NCBI GenBank assembly: GCA_016793195.1
Contig: JAEUJA010000142.1
Location: 780-64,779 of the forward strand
From: Phycisphaerae bacterium
GTDB lineage: Bacteria; Planctomycetota; Phycisphaerae; Phycisphaerales; UBA1924
Direction: 5' to 3'
Length of the DNA: 64,000 nt
The notes beneath the pieces are model-generated. The model made no database searches. It was not told the origin of the DNA and saw nothing but the letters and a program-made list of their open reading frames with translations. Of the stretch, positions 57,520 through 64,000 are shown in pieces. Within the stretch, counting starts at the first letter, position 1. Every line of letters starts with the position of its first letter. A program made the translations under genes and the position numbers.

Positions 57520-58445
57520 TGACGCATCGAGCGACGCTCGAGCTCGCGGGCCGCCTCGATCGAGTAGCGGGCCCACGGAAGCTCCTGCAATCGCTCGGCC
57601 TTGATGGGCTTGCCCGTCAGCTCGCACAGGCCGTACGTTCCGTCGGCGATCCGCTTCAGCGCATCGTCGATTTCCTTCACCAGCCGACGATCCGCCGCCA
57701 CCAGGTCCAGCGCCAGCGTCTGCTCATAATTCTCCGACCCCTGCTCGGCCATGTGCTGGGGCAGACTCGACAGCGACCCGCTCTCGCCCTTGAGCGCCTC
57801 GGACTCCATGGTGTGGATGTCGCCCGCGACCTCGGCACGCTTGCGCAGCAAAATCGCACGGAACTGGTCAAGTTCCTTTTTGTTGAACGGGCTCTTGCCC
57901 GCCTCGATCGGCGTCTCGGGCGCTTCGCCCTGGGCGCCCAGCGGGCGCGACGGCGAGGCGTGCGGCCCGCTGGGGATCAACGGCTTGCGCAGCGTCCCCG
58001 CCAACTGCCCGACCGACGCGGGCACCGTCGAAATGATCTTGGGCTTGGGCTTGCGGACCGGTCTGGGCGTCACGATGGTGATGCCCTTCCGCGCCGCCTT
58101 GCCGTCGCTGGCCGGCGCGGGCGCCGCAGCCTTCGTGCCGGGCTTGCCCGGCGAACCCGCCTTGACAGGCGAGCCGGGCTTCGTCGGCGCCTTGGCGACC
58201 GCCGCCGACCCCTTGGCCTTGGCCTCCGGCTTGCCGCCACCCTTGGCGACGACCTTCGAGGGGGTCTGTTTCGCCGTCGAAACCTTGGGCTTGGATGGTG
58301 CGGCCTTGGCCACCGGCTTGGCGACGGGTTTGGCCGCCGGTTTCGATGGCTTTGATGCCTTGGCGGACTTGCCGGCGGGCTTGGCCGCGGTCTTGGCCGT
58401 CTTGACCGGCTTCTTGGATTGGGGCTTGCTCTTGGGCAACTGCAA
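57516..58445 (-). CDS. DksA/TraR-family protein with long Lys/Ala/Pro-rich N-terminal tail
   Basis: 309 aa. The C-terminal ~130 aa are DksA-like (QHMAEQGSENYEQTLALDLV ... ALKRIADGTYGLCELTGKPIKAERLQELPWARYS). The N-terminal ~150 aa are KPAAKPVAKPVAKAAPSKPK-type basic repeats. Confidence 0.75.
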   Translation of the reverse strand: MQLPKSKPQSKKPVKTAKTAAKPAGKSAKASKPSKPAAKPVAKPVAKAAPSKPKVSTAKQTPSKVVAKGGGKPEAKAKGSAAVAKAPTKPGSPVKAGSPGKPGTKAAAPAPASDGKAARKGITIVTPRPVRKPKPKIISTVPASVGQLAGTLRKPLIPSGPHASPSRPLGAQGEAPETPIEAGKSPFNKKELDQFRAILLRKRAEVAGDIHTMESEALKGESGSLSSLPQHMAEQGSENYEQTLALDLVAADRRLVKEIDDALKRIADGTYGLCELTGKPIKAERLQELPWARYSIEAARELERRSMRQ

Positions 58446-58584
58446 CTCCCCCGGGCCAATGTAGGGCCTATCCCCTCCCGAACCCGGAAAGGGTGCGAAC
58501 GATAAGGGATGACCGCCCCGATGTCAAAGCGCGGGGCACCCGGTCTTTGGTCGACCCTGTGACCCCAACCGTAATCGCAGTCGA

Positions 58585-59622
<1,038 letters not shown>

Positions 59623-59670
59623 GTTGAAGAAAGGGTAGGCTTCCGGCGTCCGCACGCCCCGGAGTCCGCC

Positions 59671-60615
59671 ATGACCACCCAACCCCCGCCCAACCCCCCG
59701 CCCGCGCCCGGCGGCGCGATCCGACCGTCCCTGCTCTTCGTGGGCGGCGGGAACATGGCGACCGCGATCCTCCGCGGCGGGATCGCCGCCTGCGTCATCG
59801 AGCCCTCGCGCGTCATGGTCCTCGAGCCCGATCAATCCAAGCACGCGGCGCTCCACGTGCTCGGCGTGCGGGTCTCGCCCGTCGCTCGCGACGCGATCGC
59901 ATGGCTGAACGAGTGTGACGCTGACGCGGAGCGATCGAGCCCGATGAGAGCGGTCCCGCACGCCGCGCCGCACGCCGCCCAGCTTTTCCTGTGCGTCAAG
60001 CCGCAGATGCTCCGCCAGGCCGCCGCCGATGTTCGCGCCGCGTTCGACGCGCCGCGCGTGGTTGTGTCGATCTTGGCCGGAACGCCGAGCTCGGTGGTGC
60101 GAAGGGCGCTGGGCGAGCACGCCCGGGTGGTGCGGGCCATGCCGAATCTCGCCGCGTCCATCGCGCAGGGTGTGACGGCGATCTGCCGGGGCGACGGCGC
60201 CAACGCCGGCGACGACGCGGCGGCCTGGCACATCTTCGAGAGCGTCGGCCCGATCGTGATGCGCCTCGATGAGGCACACTTCGACGCGTTCACCGCGCTG
60301 GCGGGCTCCGGCCCCGCGTACCTGTTCTACCTGGCGCAGGGCATGATCGAGGGCGGTGTGCGTGCCGGGCTCTCCCGCGAGCACGCCCGTGACGCGACGA
60401 TCCAGACACTCCTCGGCGCCGCGATGCTCCTGGCGCGCTCGGACCAGTCGCCCGGGGAACTGCGTGGGGCGGTGACGAGCAAGGGCGGGACCACCGCCGC
60501 GGCGGTGGGGGTGCTCGATGAACACAAAGCACTGAGCGTGATCGGCGACGCGATCGTGGCAGGTGCCGCTCGAGGCGCGGAACTCGCCAAGCTCGCGGAC
60601 AGCGCGGAGAGATAG
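59671..60615 (+). CDS. proC: pyrroline-5-carboxylate reductase
   Basis: 314 aa from ATG 59671. Motifs FVGGGNMATAIL, VRAMPNLAASIAQG, ALAGSGPAYLFYLAQGMIEGG and VTSKGGTTAAA. It forms the tail of a much longer spurious track ORF. Confidence 0.88.
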   Translation: MTTQPPPNPPPAPGGAIRPSLLFVGGGNMATAILRGGIAACVIEPSRVMVLEPDQSKHAALHVLGVRVSPVARDAIAWLNECDADAERSSPMRAVPHAAPHAAQLFLCVKPQMLRQAAADVRAAFDAPRVVVSILAGTPSSVVRRALGEHARVVRAMPNLAASIAQGVTAICRGDGANAGDDAAAWHIFESVGPIVMRLDEAHFDAFTALAGSGPAYLFYLAQGMIEGGVRAGLSREHARDATIQTLLGAAMLLARSDQSPGELRGAVTSKGGTTAAAVGVLDEHKALSVIGDAIVAGAARGAELAKLADSAER

Positions 60616-60640
60616 TGGGTCGAAACCAGTCCGTTCTCGT

Positions 60641-61195
60641 TCAGCCCGTCGTGCGATCCACGACCTTGTACTCATCGCGTTCGCCGCGCCCGCGGAGCGG
60701 GTAGTCCTTGCGGAGCGGGTGGGCCGGGTACTCCTCCCACAAGAGGATCCGGCGCAGGTCGGGGTGATTGCGGAAGCGGACGCCGAACATGTCGAAGACC
60801 TCTCGCTCCATCCACTCGGCCCCGGGCCACAGGTCGCACACCGAGTCGACGACCAGGGCCGGATCGGGCACGATGCCGTCGGTTGGCAGCGACGGGTTCA
60901 CGAAGGTCTTGACGAAGAAGCGATCATCGCGCCCGAAGCACACAAGGTTGTAGTGGACCGCGAAGCGAGCGGGCATCTCGGCCGGGTAATTCAGGTAGTC
61001 GATGCCCGACACATCGGAGAGGAAGCAATAGTCGGCGCGCGGGTCGCTCTTGAGGAACGCCATGACCTCGTGCAGGTCGCCCGGCTCGACGATCAGCGTC
61101 GATTGCCCGCGGAACTCGGTCGCGCGGAACTTCTTGCCGGGGAATGCTTCCTTGACGAGCTTGAATGTCGGGTGATCGAGCGTGGGGGTCGTCAT
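60641..61195 (-). CDS. nuoC: NADH-quinone oxidoreductase subunit C (30-kDa subunit)
   Basis: 184 aa from ATG 61195 (GGAG upstream). Diagnostic WPGAEWMEREVFDMFGVRFRNHPDLRRILL. No other nuo gene lies nearby in this window. Confidence 0.85.
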   Translation of the reverse strand: MTTPTLDHPTFKLVKEAFPGKKFRATEFRGQSTLIVEPGDLHEVMAFLKSDPRADYCFLSDVSGIDYLNYPAEMPARFAVHYNLVCFGRDDRFFVKTFVNPSLPTDGIVPDPALVVDSVCDLWPGAEWMEREVFDMFGVRFRNHPDLRRILLWEEYPAHPLRKDYPLRGRGERDEYKVVDRTTG

Positions 61196-61260
61196 CCTGG
61201 ACTCCGTCGAGACGTGTGACGCCAGTGTAGGGCGGGACACGGTGCACCGGTCGGCGTCGG

Positions 61261-61854
61261 TCAGGCGCCATGCCCGTGCCGGGGCGGTTGCGGCTGGCGA
61301 AGCCTCGGAAGGTGCGATGCAAACGTCGCGGGCAGACCGCCGCGGTCCATGACCAGGGCGGTGCTCGCGTGCGAGGCCAGCGCGTCGGCGAAGCGATCGA
61401 GATAGTCCGCGCGGTGCGCGAGCATTGACGCGGTGATCATTGCGTCCGGGTCGAGCACCAGCCCAAGCCGCTCGCCCTCGAACGCGCGAAGCAGCGACAG
61501 GCCCGAGGGAATGTCCGATACCAGCTGGTCCGCGCGAGGCCAAAGTAATAGTGTCGCGCCCGGCGCGATCGCGTCGAGCCAGCGACGGCACGCGGCCTGG
61601 AACGCCTCCACCGACGCCCTGGTCCACGTCAGCACCGGCCGATCGCCGTACGTGGCCGGCCGCGCGTGCGCGACGATGATCCGCGTCGCGCCGAGATTCT
61701 TCAGATCGGTCGCGGCGCCGAGCGCACCCGGGTCGCCCGCGATGTCCGAATCCACAATCGCGCCCCACGCCTCGCCGTTGAGCGCCAGGAAAACCGTCCG
61801 CCCCGTTGGTGCGGCGGAGAGCATGAACTCAGGCTGGCAGGTGATCGCGTCCAT
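61261..61854 (-). CDS. hypothetical protein
   Basis: 197-aa ORF, same strand as nuoC and 65 nt upstream of it. Composition is plausible but I recognise no motif. Confidence 0.4.
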   Translation of the reverse strand: MDAITCQPEFMLSAAPTGRTVFLALNGEAWGAIVDSDIAGDPGALGAATDLKNLGATRIIVAHARPATYGDRPVLTWTRASVEAFQAACRRWLDAIAPGATLLLWPRADQLVSDIPSGLSLLRAFEGERLGLVLDPDAMITASMLAHRADYLDRFADALASHASTALVMDRGGLPATFASHLPRLRQPQPPRHGHGA

Positions 61855-62060
61855 GCGGGATCAGCATAGAGCGCAACTGTCCGACAGCCCGTCCGCACGT
61901 CCCCCGTTGGTTACATGGTCCAGTGGAATCACCCGGCGAACCGAAGTGAACGGGCTCAAAACGAACGGAGTCGTGCATGGTGGTTGAACTCGCATTGTGG
62001 CCCGACGGAGTTTCGGGTTCGAGCGAGGCCCAGGAGGGGCGCGTCCCGCAGGTCGGTCTG

Positions 62061-62243
62061 ATGCAGCGGATCATCGAGCTCAACCCCACCGCGACGGCGG
62101 GGTTCCTCGCCCGATTCGCGGAGGAATCGCTGCGCCATTACCTCGACCGGCTCGCCATGACCACCCAGCCGCGCGGGCGAGATTCGCGCTGGGTCCGCGC
62201 CGGCGACACGCCCGCGATCATGGCGCGCGAATCCGTCGATTAG
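62061..62243 (+). CDS. small hypothetical protein
   Basis: 60 aa from ATG 62061 (MQRIIELNPTATAGFLARFAEESLRHYLDRL...). The track ORF begins earlier, at 61977. No recognised motif, so this is a weak call. Confidence 0.25.
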   Translation: MQRIIELNPTATAGFLARFAEESLRHYLDRLAMTTQPRGRDSRWVRAGDTPAIMARESVD

Positions 62244-62486
62244 CGAGAAAATCCGAGATCGTGCGGCCCGGGTCCGGGGGCGGTGGTGGGGCCTCCGGCC
62301 CGGCGGCGCGCGGGATTATCGAGCGATTCTTTATGCGGACTCAACCCACGCCCGGAAACCTCCGATGGAGGTTTTGTCGGGCCGTGGGCCGGTTCAAGCC
62401 GACGCCTCGGGCGGTCCGATAAGACGCTACCGGCGACCCCGGCCGCGCGTCTGGTCCCAAGGGGGATCAGCTCGGAGACCCGCCCG

Positions 62487-63776
62487 ATGGATGTTCGCCG
62501 AACTCTCGTCAATCGAATCGGGATGACCGGCCTGGGCGTCGGCGCGATGCTGCTGCCCGCGTGCTCGATGTCGTCCACCGCGAGCCACGATCCCGCCCCG
62601 GAGCCCGCGCCCGTCGTCCAGGCCGACGCGAATGAACTTGCCCCCGCGGCATCGCCCCTGCCTTCACCGGCGGGCGTGCTCAACCCCATGAACTTCGTGC
62701 CCTCGGCCGCGGTCATCGACGCGCGGGCCGTCGGCCTCGGCGTGATCCCCCTGACCGGCAGCGATCAGGAATCAACCCGCGTTTCGCCCTTCAACGTCGC
62801 CCAGGTTACCTTTGTCGGCGAGGGCTCGGCCTTTGACCCAACGCTGACGCCCGACGGCAAGACACTCGTCTTTGCCGGCACCCAGCATCGTCCCACCTCT
62901 GATCTCTACTCCAAGCCCGTCGATGGTCGCGTGGTCACGCAGCTCACCAGCGCCGCCGGCGATGATGCCATGCCCTCGGTCAGTCCCGACGGCACGCGAC
63001 TGGCCTTCGCCAGCAACCGCGCCGGCAACTGGGACATCTTTGTGATGCCTGTTGCGGGCGGCCCGGCGGTTCAGGTCACCACCGACGCCGGCGATGAACT
63101 CCATCCCTCCTGGTCGCCCGAGGGCGACAAGCTCGTCTTCTCACGTCTCGGCGCCGCCAGCGGCCGCTGGGAAATGTGGGTCACCGAGCCGGGCAACAAC
63201 GCCGTCTCCCATTTCATCGGCTACGGCCTGTTCCCGTCGTGGAGCCCGATCGCCGCCACCGGCGCCGGCGGCGCCGACAAGGTCCTCTTCCAGCTCGCGC
63301 GCCAACGCGGCCAGCGCTCCTTCGGCGTCTGGACCCTCGACTACAAGGACGGCCAGACCTCCAACCTCACCGAGATCGCGTCGGGACCCTCCATCGCCTG
63401 CATCAATCCCGCCTGGAGCCCCGACGCCCAGAAGGTCGTCTACTCCCAGATCGCCCTCGACGCCAGCCCCGGCGACCACGACACCCGCAGCGCCCTCAAC
63501 CTCGCACGCCCGGGCGTCGCGACCCTCAAGCTCGTCAACGTCGACGGCACCGGCGAGGTCGACCTCACCGGCTCGAGCGGCTCTTCCATTCTCCCCTTCT
63601 GGGGACGGAGCGGCCGCGTCGTCTTTGTCGCGAACTTCGACGGCACGGAGAACATCTGGTCGATCGACATGAAGCCGGCGGTCATGGCCCAGGGCGGCCA
63701 GGCCACCGACGCGGACACACAGGTGAGCTCGGCTCCCGCCGAGGAGACGACGCCCGAAGACGAATCCGGCAATTGA
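62487..63776 (+). CDS. TolB-like WD40/PD40 beta-propeller lipoprotein
   Basis: 429 aa from ATG 62487. Lipobox-like MLLPACS. Repeated PD40 units (P.LTPDGKTLVF, PSVSPDGTRLAFASNRAGNWDIFVM, PSWSPEGDKLVFS, PAWSPDAQKVVYS). Confidence 0.8.
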   Translation: MDVRRTLVNRIGMTGLGVGAMLLPACSMSSTASHDPAPEPAPVVQADANELAPAASPLPSPAGVLNPMNFVPSAAVIDARAVGLGVIPLTGSDQESTRVSPFNVAQVTFVGEGSAFDPTLTPDGKTLVFAGTQHRPTSDLYSKPVDGRVVTQLTSAAGDDAMPSVSPDGTRLAFASNRAGNWDIFVMPVAGGPAVQVTTDAGDELHPSWSPEGDKLVFSRLGAASGRWEMWVTEPGNNAVSHFIGYGLFPSWSPIAATGAGGADKVLFQLARQRGQRSFGVWTLDYKDGQTSNLTEIASGPSIACINPAWSPDAQKVVYSQIALDASPGDHDTRSALNLARPGVATLKLVNVDGTGEVDLTGSSGSSILPFWGRSGRVVFVANFDGTENIWSIDMKPAVMAQGGQATDADTQVSSAPAEETTPEDESGN

Positions 63777-64000
63777 CGCCGGAGGAACACACGCGGTGGG
63801 TTGAGCGAAAGCTCGATCCGACCGATTGCCCGAAAGGGCGAAAGCAGAAGCCGGCGCACGACCGTCACGGACGGCGGAGTGCCCGGCGACAGGCCAAGGA
63901 AGGCAGAACGGCGCGATGGAGCTCGCGCTCGGAAGGGCAGGACGCCATGACAAGTGGACAGACCATGCTCACAAAGCGTGGAGAGCGTTGGGCACTGGCA

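Noticed and set aside
63777-64000. A possible gene start at ATG 63947 (MTSGQTMLTKRGERWALA...) and the minus-strand ORF 63141-63953.
   Set aside because: The plus-strand fragment is too short (18 codons) to evaluate. The minus ORF is antisense to the TolB-like gene and shadow-like.

Overview
Very GC-rich bacterial chromosomal window. It is probably Planctomycetota, possibly Phycisphaerae-like. The lineage clues are a DUF1559 pseudopilin-like protein, an LEPRQLLA N-terminal motif, a PEP-CTERM tail, and a C-terminal dockerin-like tandem ending in GC. Almost all of the window is coding. Many long R/P/G-rich ORFs in the track are antisense shadows of real genes, and I ignored them.

Gene content from left to right:
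- A partial ABC ATPase, prfA and a dihydropyrimidine-dehydrogenase-like gene.
- A divergent lutABC / L-rhamnose supercluster: rhaEW, rhaB, a class II aldolase, rhaA and an ABC importer. The second permease and the binding protein of the importer form one continuous ORF.
- A stand-alone patatin-like phospholipase.
- A czcCBA-type heavy-metal RND efflux operon.
- A complete kdpFABCDE operon with an extra small membrane ORF coupled upstream of kdpF.
- A cell-surface island at about 35.4-47.4 kb. It holds a 2,225-aa four-module beta-helix protein, an LTD/PEP-CTERM protein, a DUF1559 pseudopilin-like protein, an LTD/dockerin-like protein and a phytase-like esterase.
- tRNA-Ser(GGA).
- A divergent PAP2 phosphatase / ArnT-like glycosyltransferase pair.
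- Housekeeping genes: truB, a metallophosphoesterase, a ThiF-family gene, a DinB-family gene, an MBL hydrolase, lspA, a dksA-like gene, accA, proC, an orphan nuoC and a TolB-like lipoprotein.

I found no CRISPR array, integrase, transposase, prophage or recognisable defence operon. The best candidates for something undescribed are:
- the LTD / pseudopilin / giant beta-helix surface island;
- the permease-binding-protein fusion;
- a GGA-rich repeated leader at 1.55-1.72 kb;
- a perfect 16-copy octanucleotide array at 54.9 kb.

None of these amounts to a demonstrated new system from sequence alone.
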